DNA of 63,530 bases, counting the filler, from Pirum gemmata (Eukaryota): assembly GCA_002812295.1 (NCBI GenBank). It is 16 parts of 16 records of this genome, joined end to end, with 100 filler letters (N's around TTAATTAATTAA, not from the genome) between each part and the next. Parts side by side here need not be neighbours in the genome. Positions count along the whole stretch, not along the records: positions 52,228 to 55,926 come from PDIN01002069.1; positions 56,027 to 59,727 come from PDIN01002070.1; positions 59,828 to 63,530 come from PDIN01002071.1; 13 more parts are not named here. One strand, written 5' to 3'. The notes beneath the pieces were generated by a model. That model was not told the origin of the DNA, searched no databases, and saw only the letters and a list, made by a program, of their open reading frames with translations. A program made the translations under genes and the position numbers. Positions 52,659 through 63,530 of this stretch are shown one piece after another (position 1 is the first letter of the stretch; every line of letters starts with the position of its first letter).

Positions 52659-53777
52659 ATGAAATTCAATATTGATGCTATCATTTACATAATCACACTA
52701 TGTTTGTTTTCTATCGACACAGAAGCTGTTAAATGTAGGGGCATTAAGGGTGCTTTAAAGTATTCCAAAAAACAATACAATCGAAATGGTGGGAATCAAC
52801 CTAGAAACGTCCTAGGTAGCACTCCTTTTTTTACTCAGCCTCATTGTCTTCAGAAATGTAAAGAAGTGGAATATAGTAAAAATTGTCAAGATCTATGCTC
52901 TAATATAGATGTGTGTCTTGGACAGTTCGAACCGAGTATTGACTATCCAGATCCCAAAGCCAAAGTACCAAAAGCTTGCAATGGATTATCAGGTTTTATA
53001 CTACCATATCTTCTTCCAAATAAAGTTCAAAGAAGTGCAGTTAAAGGCTTTGGCCTTTGGACTGGGGGGATAAAGACAAGTGAATACGGGCGTAAAAACG
53101 GCTTTTGGACACTCGAATCCAATTGGATCTCCCAACTTTTTATGAAATTACAAAGAGACCATGACGACACAGACAAATTAAAGAATGATATATTTGCTGG
53201 CTGTATGGTCCCTCTGTGGAATATTGTTAGCGCTGAATTTGTTAAAAAGATGACAGTAGAAACCAAACAAATTCATATTTTCTTTAGTGTATTTAAACCA
53301 AGCAGTGTCCTACCGATGATTGAAATCCCAACAATTCTTAGGTTGTGGGCTCAGGACGCCAACACAAAAGGCCCTTCAAATTCATTTATCTTACATCCAT
53401 TGAACTACGATGCTATCACGAATACCAAAGATTTACATAGTATGTTTGATCAAGTTCCGGATAATGTTAAAAACAGTGTTCAATTTAAAAAGGTTAGAAC
53501 TTGGGAATGGGGCAATATTAAGGGATGGATCGTACCGGTTAATAGAATAAATGCAATTGTTCCTTCACAAACTATTACAAAAGACACAAGCGTAAAAAGT
53601 GTTTATGAAGTTTTTAAAAAAATTATATGTGGTTGGTATGGCGATGTAAACGAGAAACCAAGAATGTTAACTGAAAGAAAAGATAATAAATATAACGGCA
53701 GAAAGAATTCCAAGTATATTCGTTCAGATTTGAATGATGGAGATAGTTGTGGCGTTGGAACAAGTTTTGCATTATAA
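52659..53777 (+). CDS. Intronless secreted 372-aa protein with ADP-ribosyl cyclase (CD38/Tox-ARC)-like catalytic motifs
   Basis: The ATG at 52659 gives a signal peptide MKFNIDAIIYIITLCLFSIDTEA. Motifs in order: LWTGG, WTLES, LWNIVSAEF, IHIFF, SSVLPMIEIP. Confidence 0.75.
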   Translation: MKFNIDAIIYIITLCLFSIDTEAVKCRGIKGALKYSKKQYNRNGGNQPRNVLGSTPFFTQPHCLQKCKEVEYSKNCQDLCSNIDVCLGQFEPSIDYPDPKAKVPKACNGLSGFILPYLLPNKVQRSAVKGFGLWTGGIKTSEYGRKNGFWTLESNWISQLFMKLQRDHDDTDKLKNDIFAGCMVPLWNIVSAEFVKKMTVETKQIHIFFSVFKPSSVLPMIEIPTILRLWAQDANTKGPSNSFILHPLNYDAITNTKDLHSMFDQVPDNVKNSVQFKKVRTWEWGNIKGWIVPVNRINAIVPSQTITKDTSVKSVYEVFKKIICGWYGDVNEKPRMLTERKDNKYNGRKNSKYIRSDLNDGDSCGVGTSFAL

Positions 53778-54692
53778 TTGATTATCGAAAAAGTTCTTAA
53801 TTACATTATCTATGTTTTAATATTATTTTATTTTTTTTTATTTATTTTTCATTTTTTTTTAAGAAAAAAAAAAAAAAAAAAAAAAATGAAGACAACAATA
53901 GCATACCAGCATAATTATCAATAATATAATAATAGTAATAATAGTAATAATAATTAATATTAATATTGTTATATATTTTCTTATATTTTATGTTAAGTTC
54001 TAATAAGGGCAAATATGATCGGGACGATAGAACACCTTCCGTATACAAAAGTTAGGGTTAGGGTTAGGGTTAGGGGGGCGGGATTTGTATTAAAGTTTGA
54101 TGAGGATGAAGGGTTATGGATCATTAACGATAATGCAGGAACCCGAATTGGGGAATGTGAAACTACTAGCTTGGATGTTACAAAATGCTCTTGTTGTTAA
54201 AGAATAGTGAAAAGTGTTCCAGCACCCTTTTATACATTGAACGTAAGAAAACGTAGCACAAGGAGATAACGCAGAAAATTAGTTTCGTCCGATAATGATA
54301 ACAATATTACAACAAGTCCTGGATTTTCTCGCTATATTTCCTTGATCAATCGTTTTTCTTTAATTTTTAGTAAAGGTGTCAACACTGTGCTTTGTGATGG
54401 ATAGTATTTATTAGAATTAACTAAAGCAGGAAAGATATGACATTGTAGAGATGGTATCGCATCAATTCCTACATGTCTAACAACAGATGAAATTGATTAA
54501 ATAGATTGTGATATTCGTAACATGCGAGGTGTGCGTTTGCCTGTACAGATAAGATCGGTCAAATAGTGGTCAAATATGTATTGGGTAGACGAGATGATAT
54601 TAGGAATTTTATAGACGTTCCTTTACACAAAGTTTTTGTTGCGGAGTGGCAATAGGGTCTCTACAAAAGTTTTAATGTTGCGGAGGGGAAAT

Positions 54693-54790
54693 GGGGTTAG
54701 GGTTAGGGTTAGGGTTAGGGTTATGGTTAGGGATTAGGGTTAGGGTTAGGGTTAGGGTTAGGGTTAAGGTCAGGGGCTGGAGTTAGGGTA
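54693..54790 (+). repeat. Interstitial (TTAGGG)n
   Basis: Read directly. Confidence 0.9.
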
Positions 54791-55272
54791 TAACTTTTAT
54801 TAAGGTTAGTAACTTTAAAAAAAGTAAATATTTTGAAAAATTAATAATACCTTGTGAAAAAAAATATAGAGTTTATAATTATAATAAATAAAAATAAAAA
54901 ATTTTATTTTAAAAAATATATTAATAACATTTGTTTTTAAAATAATAATATTAATAATAATAATAAATCAGCTCAAAGGAGCACCTTGAAAAAAAGGGTA
55001 AATCCTAACCCTTTGCTTTATCATTTCTGATTTCTGATTTCTGATTAATGATTTATGATTTATAATTTATGATTTATGATTTATGATATATATGATTTAT
55101 AATAAAAATAATAATAGAGACATAGTATTGAATGATTCTAATAATTTCATGAAACGATATCAAATGAGATACTTACTTAGAATTCTTTTCAAAAAAAGGA
55201 AAAGAGAAAGAGACTTTGCGTGAGTTTTTGTTAGGTAATGATTTATGTTCAACGCTTAAGTTATTATTATTA

Positions 55273-55310
<38 letters not shown>

Positions 55311-55427
55311 GTTATTATTATTAATATAATTAGTTTATTATATTTCTTATTATATCTATTATTAGTATCAGAGTATTAAATTTACAAAACCAACAAACAA
55401 AACAATAAGAAATAAATAGAACCAAAT

Positions 55428-55507
55428 ATGTCTTTACCTCCTATGAATGAAAATCCTCAAATGGCTTTGAAATTAGAAGTTGAATCTATGGCCGATTTAG
55501 CTGCGGC
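55428..55507 (+). CDS. TIMM10: Probable first coding exon of small Tim chaperone Tim10
   Basis: MSLPPMNENPQMALKLEVESMADLAA followed by a phase-2 GTAAGT donor; resembles the Tim10 N-terminus (ELEVEMMADM). The twin CX3C exon is not in the scaffold. The following intron holds degenerate TTAGGG/TTGGGG repeats (55515-55760). Confidence 0.55.
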
Positions 55508-56231
55508 GTAAGTATAGGGTTAGGGTTGATATTAAGGTTGGGTTCGGGTTTAGGGTTTAGGGTTGATGTTAAGGTTGGGTTCGGGTTTAGGGTTTAGGGT
55601 TTAGGTTGGGGTTGGGGTTGGTGGTTGGGGTTGGTAGTTGGGGTTGGGGTTAGGGTTAGGGTTATTGCTTGGGTTAGAGTCAGAGTTAGGCTTAAGGCTA
55701 GGGTTAGGTTAGGGTAAGGGTTATGTTTGGGGTTGGGGCTGGGGTATAGTGGGGGTTAGGATTAACCAGTTTGAATGTAGTTTATAACCATATTAGTATG
55801 AAAAGTGATAAGTTGAATGAAATGTGTGATTTTAATTGTATGATTAGTGTCAATATCTATTATTGTTATGCTGGTTAACAACAACAATAACAATAACAAC
55901 AACTATAATAATAATAATAATAATAANNNNNNNNNNNNNNNNNNNNNNNNNNNNNNNNNNNNNNNNNNNNTTAATTAATTAANNNNNNNNNNNNNNNNNN
56001 NNNNNNNNNNNNNNNNNNNNNNNNNNTTTATTTATTTATTTATTTATTATTTATTATTTATTTATTTATTATTTATTTATTTATTATTTATTATTTATTA
56101 TTTATTTATTTGTGTTTGCTTATTTGTGTTTGCTTATTCATAACATTATCATTGTTGTTATCATTTTTATTTATTATTATTGTTATTATTATCGGTATTT
56201 ATTCTTATTAATTGTTATAATATAAAAATAG

Positions 56232-58765
56232 ATTATTTTCATTATTGTCCCAAAGGAGAAAAATGTCTAAAAGGTTTCCCAGATGTAGCCAAATATCGTT
56301 TCAAGCAAATGAAAGACTTTGTTAAAAAATCGATTAGGAAATTGGAACTGAACAGTCAAACTGGCTACCGTGTCACTATCGCTACCATAGATAATAAAGC
56401 TGATATTCATCAAACATTCACGGATAATGAACAAGATTTAGATAGCACCTTGGATAATTTGGATTACAAGTTTGGGAGTACCGACTTGTCCGCCAGTTTA
56501 ATATCTGCGAGAGGGCAAATTTACGACAGGGTTTCTGAACGAGGACCTAATGTTAGTAAGATTGTTGTTGTTATTACTGATGGATTAAGTAACCGTGATA
56601 GTGTAGAAAAATTGACAAATATAAAATATAACACTTTTGCTGGGTATACCATCCATACTGTAGCTGTGCAAACAAGTAAAGAAAATGTTCAAAATTTGCT
56701 CGCACTTTCCTCTGACGGTACGGTAATGGAGGTTCAAGACTTTGATCATTTAGCTACAAGCTATACTAAATTAGCTGGAAGAATTTGTGATAACACGAAA
56801 TGCAATGCACCACCTAAAACTACTTGTTTACCTTCTGATCCAAATTGTGTCACATGTGTCGGTGGTAAGTGTAATGACTGTAAACCAAATGATCCATTTT
56901 GCATACCAAGATGCGAGCCCAACAATATGAATTGTGACACAGGAACAAGTTGTGACCCAACTAAAGATCCATTGTGTGTCACTTGTGTTGGAACCTCGTG
57001 CTCTGAATGCGATGAAAAGAATGAAGATTGTACTGTTGGATGTAAGCCTGGGGATGACAATTGTAAATTATGTGAAGGAGGTACATGTAAAGAATGTCTT
57101 CCAAATGAAAAAGGATGTATAAAATGCGCAAAGGACGATTCTAATTGCGGCCTAAAAGAACCAGAATGTATACCTGGGCAACCAAATTGTGTTCAATGTG
57201 TTGGGGGAAACTGTACTAAATGTGAAAAGGGAGATCCGTTTTGTATTTTTAGATGCGAACAGAATGACCCAAATTGTAACACTGGGAATGAATGTGACCC
57301 AACAACAGACCCATTATGTGTTGTATGTGTCGGTAATTCATGCTCTACCTGTGATTCAACTAAGCAAGACTGCGTAGAGGGATGTAAGCCTGGTGATGAA
57401 AACTGTAAAACGTGTGAAGAAGGTACATGTAAAGAATGCCGTCCGAATGAAAAAGGTTGTATTAAGTGCGCAAAAAACGATCCTACATGCGGCCTAAAAG
57501 AACCAGAATGTATACCCGGACAACCAAATTGTGTTCAATGTGTTGGGGGAAACTGTACTAAATGTGAAAAAGGGGATCCGTTTTGTATTTTTAGATGCGA
57601 ACAGAATGACCCAAATTGTAACACTGGTAATGAATGTGACCCAGCAACGGACCCATTATGTGTTATATGTGTTGGGAATTCATGCTCTACCTGTGATCCA
57701 ACTAAAGAAGATTGTGTAGAGGGGTGTAAACCTGGTGACGAAAATTGTAAAACATGTGAAGAGGGTATATGTAAAGAATGTCTTCCGTATGAAAAAGGAT
57801 GTATAAAATGCGCAAAAGATGATCCTAAATGTGGTCTAACTGATCCCGAATGTGTGCCCGGAGAGCCAAATTGTGTTCAATGTGTTGCAGGTAATTGTAC
57901 CAAGTGCAAAGAAGATGATCCGTTTTGCATCTTTAGATGTGGTAAGAACGATCCAAATTGCGATACTGGAACAAGCTGTGATCCAGCTTTGGATGAATTA
58001 TGTGTTACATGTATCGGAAATACATGCTCCACATGCGATGAAACCCATGAAGACTGTGTTGTAGGATGTGTCCCTGGTGACGATAACTGCAAAAAATGTT
58101 TACAGGGTGAATGTGATGAATGCCCTCCCGATCAAAAGGGGTGTATAAAATGCGCAGAAGACGATGTCAAATGTGGTTTACCTGAACCCGAATGTAATCC
58201 GGGAGAACCTAATTGTGTAACGTGTGCCTTTGGTAAATGTACAGAGTGCAAAGAAAATGATCCTCTTTGTGTTGGGAAATGTGATGTGAATGATCCAAGT
58301 TGCAATACAGGTGACGAATGTGATCCTAAAATAGATTCGTGTGTAAAATGTATAGGTAGTAATTGTACTGTTTGTACTGAAGACATGGAGGGATGTGTAG
58401 GAGGTTGTAATAGTGACGAAAAAAATTGCAAAAATTGCCAGAATGGTACCTGCACTGATTGTCTTCCAGGTGATCTAAGCTGTATAAAATGTGCAGAAGA
58501 CGACGAGAACTGTGATGGTAAAGATTTTGCCGATCCCTTACAACAACCTGACGACACAGGTTTAGGTGCAGGTGCGATTGCAGGTGCTACAGTCGGCGCC
58601 GTGGCGGTAGTAGCAGCTGCTTGTGCTGCTGCATATTACTTTACAAGAGAGCAAGCACCTAAAACCGATGTCGGGGAAAACGGCACACCAGTCTTTAATC
58701 CAGGAGATGTTAGTCCTTTATTTGAAAATAGTAATTTTGTTACTGCAAATCAATTAAACGAATAA
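56232..58765 (+). CDS. vWA domain + five 114-aa Cys-rich repeats + Gly/Ala-rich TM + short tail; last exon of an adhesion-type receptor
   Basis: AG acceptor at 56230-56231. vWA elements RVTIATI, GSTDLSASL and KIVVVITDG. 342-bp repeats start at 56825, 57167, 57509, 57851 and 58193. TM GLGAGAIAGATVGAVAVVAAACAAAYYF. Confidence 0.88.
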
Positions 58766-58883
58766 TGATTTAATTATAAATCATTGATATTCAATTAAAA
58801 GTAAAAAATTGGTAATTTTAAATCGCTTGATATTAAATTCAAATAAAAAACTTCAAAAATAGAAAAAAAAGTTGTATTTTATT

Positions 58884-59005
58884 ACGCTGGTTCTTAATTA
58901 TAACTCAAATTTGAAATAGCTACGTTTTTTGGCTACTTTTTTTTCACTAAATTTGCATATTTAGTATCTAATTAAAGAAATGTGTGATGTATTAAGAACC
59001 AGCGT
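58884..59005. mobile_element. Small MITE-like element (15-bp TIR ACGCTGGTTCTTAAT)
   Basis: acgctggttcttaat at 58884-58898 and attaagaaccagcgt at 58991-59005. Confidence 0.6.
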
Positions 59006-60775
59006 TATTTTTACTTTTTTGCTTTTTATACACTAACACAACACAAATCAAAACAAAAATTTAATTTAACAAAAATTAGCGTCATTTATTATTGAACCAG
59101 GTGAAGTTGAATTGACCTATTATTATTGTTTATCATTATTATAATATAAAACTCAAAACAAAATAAAAAAAAATAAGTTTCGATCCATTTTCAAAACTAG
59201 TTTTCCTCTAAAAATGTTTTTAAATTCAAACATTTCTTTAGTTACAAACTTTAGAAAATTATTATTGTTTTTAATAATTTTTTTAATATTATACTTACAA
59301 ACTTTAGAAAATTATTATTGTTTTTAATAATTTTTTTAATATTATATATTTTCTATCTTTTTTGTTATTTGCATTTGCGTGGTAGTGAGTTTGTTAAACC
59401 GGAGAACAAAATTACAATTGGATATTCTCGGCATATAAACCTATTATTAGCATTACTGTCCATCCAACTAATAAACCGAGTTGAATTATTCCAAACATTA
59501 TGTATTTATTTCCTACTTTGAGTTCAGATATTTGATGCAACTGTTGTGTAAATAATAATAACAATAATAATAATAAAAATAAATAAAGATTAAAAACAGT
59601 AAACACTACAGAATGAAATAATGATTTTTCTAACAACAGCGAGTATTAACAACCCCCTATAAAACTGATAATCATACTTCTAATAATAAAAAATTAATTC
59701 AAAAACACAGCCCAACAGAAAAACAGCNNNNNNNNNNNNNNNNNNNNNNNNNNNNNNNNNNNNNNNNNNNNTTAATTAATTAANNNNNNNNNNNNNNNNN
59801 NNNNNNNNNNNNNNNNNNNNNNNNNNNATTATTAATTATTATTATTATTGTTGTTGTTGTTATTATTTTTAAAATAATCAAATAAAATAATAATTGGGTG
59901 AGTGAGTGAGTAAGTGAATATACAAATGAATAAATGAATGAATGAAATGATTGAATAAATAAATAAATAAATGAATAAATGAATGAATAAAGAATGAATG
60001 AATAAAGAATGAATGAATGAATGAAGAATAAATAAAATAAATAAATAGATAAATAAAATAAATAAATAAATAAATAAATAAATAAAATAAAATAAAAAAA
60101 AATAAAAAAAAAATTTAAATAAATGAATAAATAAATAAATAACTGAACAGATAATAATAAATGAATAAATAAAGGAATTTATAAATAAAGGAATAAATGA
60201 CTAATAAATGAACCTAGTAAAAGTAATAAATGAGTAATAAATGAATAAACAAGATAATAATGATGAAATTTTTTTCGAGCTAGCTAGAGTAGACCCCCCT
60301 ACTACTGGTAGACTCTACTAGCTACTAGAGGGGGGGGGGTCTAGCTAGCTATGATACTAGTAGACTGGTAGACTAACTACCCGGCAGTACTGCCATGGTA
60401 AAAAAGTTGAATATTATAATTTCAAAGGTAGTATTTAAAACAAAATGCCAAAAAGCAAACATTTTTGGATTAAATAGGCTGGTTTTGTTATACTTTTATT
60501 TAATAAAAAATTGCAAATTAAGTTAGCCAATTAGGTGCATTTTTTTCATAGTGTAGTTTTTGAACTGTTTTTGTCTACAAACTACCCATACAATTCCCTT
60601 TTGATGACGTAAAATGACATAAATAATCTTTAAGTGGTATATTTTTATGACGCAAATAACATGATACGTAACAGACGTTAAATATTACGTCATTTCTTAT
60701 GTAATTTTACGTAATAATTTTTTTTTCTATCCCTACAGATCTAGCTAGCTAGCTAGAGGGTAAAGTTCATAGGTA

Positions 60776-62999
60776 GTCTACTAGTTTTCCCGCAAGCTAT
60801 TAGCGATATCCTGCTCGTATACAATACATCCTCTCGATCGTCTGCAGCATCTTTTAGTCTAGAGTACAAGCTTTAGCCAGAGCATTCAGGTCGCTTAAAT
60901 ACATTCGGTCCAATGAGCCTTTGACGTGGTTAACTGAACTGTTAATTGCCTCAATGGCAGAGAGTTGATTCCATAGGCCCTTGTCGTCAAATGTCATAAT
61001 TAATTAAATTAACAAAGCAATTATATATAAAGGGAAAAAAATAGCTAGCTTTATTATAATTTATTTAAAAGCAGAATCTTTTTCCAGATGGAGATGAAAA
61101 TCCCTTTGAGCTCCCATTCGATACGATTAATGTAATCGATGTCCAGTTGGTTGAATGTGATAGCTTTGTCCAAGATATCTTTCTCAGCCAGTAAGGTTTT
61201 CTTCTTTTTGAGCAGTGCTTTAGCCAGAGCATTCAGGTCGCTTGAATACATTCGGTCCAATGAGCCTTTGACGTGGTTAACTGCCTCAATGAAAGAGAGT
61301 TGATTCCACAGGCCCTTGTCGTCAAATGTCATAATTAAATTAAAACGATTATAAAAAGGAAAAATAATATAATAGCTTTATTATAATTTATTTTTTTAAA
61401 AAAAATCAGAATCTTTTTCCAGATGGAGATGAAAATCCCTTTTGAGCTCCCATTCGATACGATTAATATAATCGATGCCCAGCTGGTTGAATGTGATAGC
61501 TTTGTCCAAGATATCTTTCTCGGCCAGTATTATAAGGTTTTCTTCTTTTTGAGCAGCGTTTCCCTGTACGAGCTTCGATCCGATTCAGATATAATGTTAA
61601 ACTTTGCAATTGATTTATTAGAGAGCATATATATCATTATATTATATAATATATTATCGTACTTACTAATAAATGAGTATCATAATATTATGATATTAAT
61701 TAATTATTAATATAATAATATTTTTTTAAAAACTTTATTTAGAAATAAATTTGACAAACAAAGTATACTTATTGTAGCTATGTTAATTAAGTCTACGTTT
61801 GGTATATAGCAAGCTATTCTAGCTAGCCTTGACTAATAGACAGCCCCCCCCTGAAATGGGGCCTGAATAGTCGTTGAATTCAACATCCCAATAAATCGAA
61901 GGTTACGTATTAATACTATTCGATTTTGTTCGAGCTTTGTGCTGCCTGTGCGCAACTACTAATTTTCCAGATTTTCCACCAGGCTCCGGAACCTTAGACT
62001 TTACCAACAGAGGATTTTTTTTCACTAGTATCAACAGGAGTGATAGAGTTTGCAGTCATCTAAGGAAAAAAATATAAATATTAGTTCAGACACCTTTAAC
62101 TTAGACACAAATATATCAATATTAATACCCATAATCAATTATAAAAGTGTAGCTTCCAAACTGTACCTTGAGAAAAAAAATCCTCTGTTGATAAGAAGTC
62201 TAAGGTTCCGGGGGAGCTCTCAAAATCAATTACAAAGTTATCTAAATCGAATCGAAGCTCGTGCAGAAACCTTACTGACTGAGAAAGACATCTTGGACAA
62301 AGCTATCACATTCAACCAACTGAGCATCGATTATATTGATCGTATCGAAAGGGAGCAGTGGAGCTCAAAAAGGATTAATCTCCATCTGGAAAAAGATTCC
62401 GATTTTTTAATAAATAAATTATAATAAAGCTATTTTTTTTCCTTTTTATAATCGTTTTACTTTAATTATATATAACATTTGACGACAAGGGTTTATGGAA
62501 TCAACTCTCTGCCATTGAGGCAGTTAACCACATCAAAGGCTCATTGGACCGAATGTATTCAAGCGACCTGAATGCTCTGGCTAAAGCGCTGCTCAAAAAG
62601 AAGAAAACCTTACTGGCTGAGAAAGATATCTTGGACAAAGCTATCACATTCAACCAACTGGATATCGATTATATTAATCGTATCAAACGGGAGCTCAAAA
62701 GGGATTCATCTCCATCTGGAAAAAGATTCCATAAAGCTATTCTTTTCCCTTTATATATAATTGCTTTATTAATTTAATTAATTATGACATTTGACGACAA
62801 GGGCCTATGGAATCAACTCTCTGCCCTTGAGGCAGTTAACCACGTCAAAGGCTCATTGGACCGAATATATTTAAGCGACCTGAATGCTCTGGCTAAAGCT
62901 TGTACTAGGGAGGTTTCTCGACTAAAAGATGCTGCAGACGATCGAGAGGATGTATACGAGCAGGATATCGCTAATAGCCTGGGGGGAAACTACTTAGAC
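60776..62999. repeat. 2.2-kb imperfect palindrome (foldback) whose arms are tandem units of about 310-335 bp, each with a small ORF
   Basis: 60776-61610 plus 61983-62022 is the reverse complement of 62172-62999. MTFDDKGLWNQLS.. ORFs point outward on both arms. Confidence 0.85.
61054..61332 (-). CDS. Small repeated ORF (92 aa, helical, unknown function)
   Basis: Intact ATG-to-stop copy of the palindrome's repeat unit; paralogous to 62476-62777, 62784-63014 and 60790-60997. Confidence 0.35.
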   Translation of the reverse strand: MTFDDKGLWNQLSFIEAVNHVKGSLDRMYSSDLNALAKALLKKKKTLLAEKDILDKAITFNQLDIDYINRIEWELKGIFISIWKKILLLNKL

Positions 63000-63014
63000 A
63001 TAATCAGCAATTAG
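62784..63014 (+). CDS. Small repeated ORF (76 aa), terminal variant
   Basis: Shares the first ~38 aa with 61054-61332, then diverges (SRLKDAADDREDVYEQDI). Its mirror copy at 60790-60997 is frameshifted. Confidence 0.3.
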   Translation: MTFDDKGLWNQLSALEAVNHVKGSLDRIYLSDLNALAKACTREVSRLKDAADDREDVYEQDIANSLGGNYLDIISN

Positions 63015-63530
63015 GAAGAGGAAAAGTCCTCAGGGTGATAAAATACAACATTAAATTAATTACCAACATGCCCGATAGTTTATCCAAAATAATAATTTAG
63101 TACATTTATTTCAGTTTTTGAACTGGAAAAACGATATCATATTAATACACTGATAGTCTATCTTATATGATATCAAACTCTCTAGCTAGTTATCATAGTC
63201 TATCATCCAAAAAGGATGTCACCTAATCTTACCTATGCCTCTTTGTTCAAAACACCTTTTGGTCATAAATTTAAAGTTCATTAATTTTAATAATTAATTA
63301 CTGCCTAAAACAGTTTAAAAGCCACACTTTCGAGCAATGACTTCTATCAAAGAATAAGTGACTTCCTTTATGAATGTTCTCAAACCACCGACCACCGACA
63401 ATGATACTAGACTAGCTTTTCGAACAACTCAATTATTATTTATTATTATTATTATTAATATATTATATTAATAATGATTATTATTATTATTAGTATTATT
63501 ATTATCAGTTATTATTATTATTATTATTAT

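Noticed and set aside
56761..58557. Alternative-frame and antisense ORFs inside the vWA receptor (likewise inside Hsp70, DRAP1 and the first receptor)
   Set aside because: Shadows of the real coding frames.
60776..62999. CRISPR-like or retron-like interpretation of the repeated cassettes
   Set aside because: Units are ~300-bp near-identical repeats without unique spacers; no cas or reverse transcriptase gene; eukaryotic context.

Overview
AT-rich eukaryotic genomic DNA with GT-AG introns, the standard code and TTAGGG tracts. A unicellular opisthokont/holozoan is my guess; the sequence does not prove it. This is not a contiguous locus: 16 short scaffolds, mostly about 3.7 kb, are joined by an artificial N44-TTAATTAATTAA-N44 linker, so neighbours across linkers mean nothing and most genes are truncated. 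Recognisable housekeeping genes are ACAD8 (3' part), a PIP5-kinase (3' part), NC2-alpha/DRAP1 (complete), AP-1 mu (5' part), mitochondrial Hsp70 (exons out of order, probably misassembled) and a probable TIM10 first exon. Accessory genes are two Cys-rich single-pass receptors (one with a vWA domain), an EsV-1-7-repeat protein and two intronless secreted proteins. One of those carries the full ADP-ribosyl cyclase (CD38/Tox-ARC) motif set and is the top finding; the other is a possible P47/TULIP-like protein. The rest is simple repeats, several MITE families, a piggyBac remnant, fields of TA-flanked footprint-like motifs and a 2.2 kb palindrome built of tandem small ORFs. All family assignments are by-eye motif comparisons; no searches were run.
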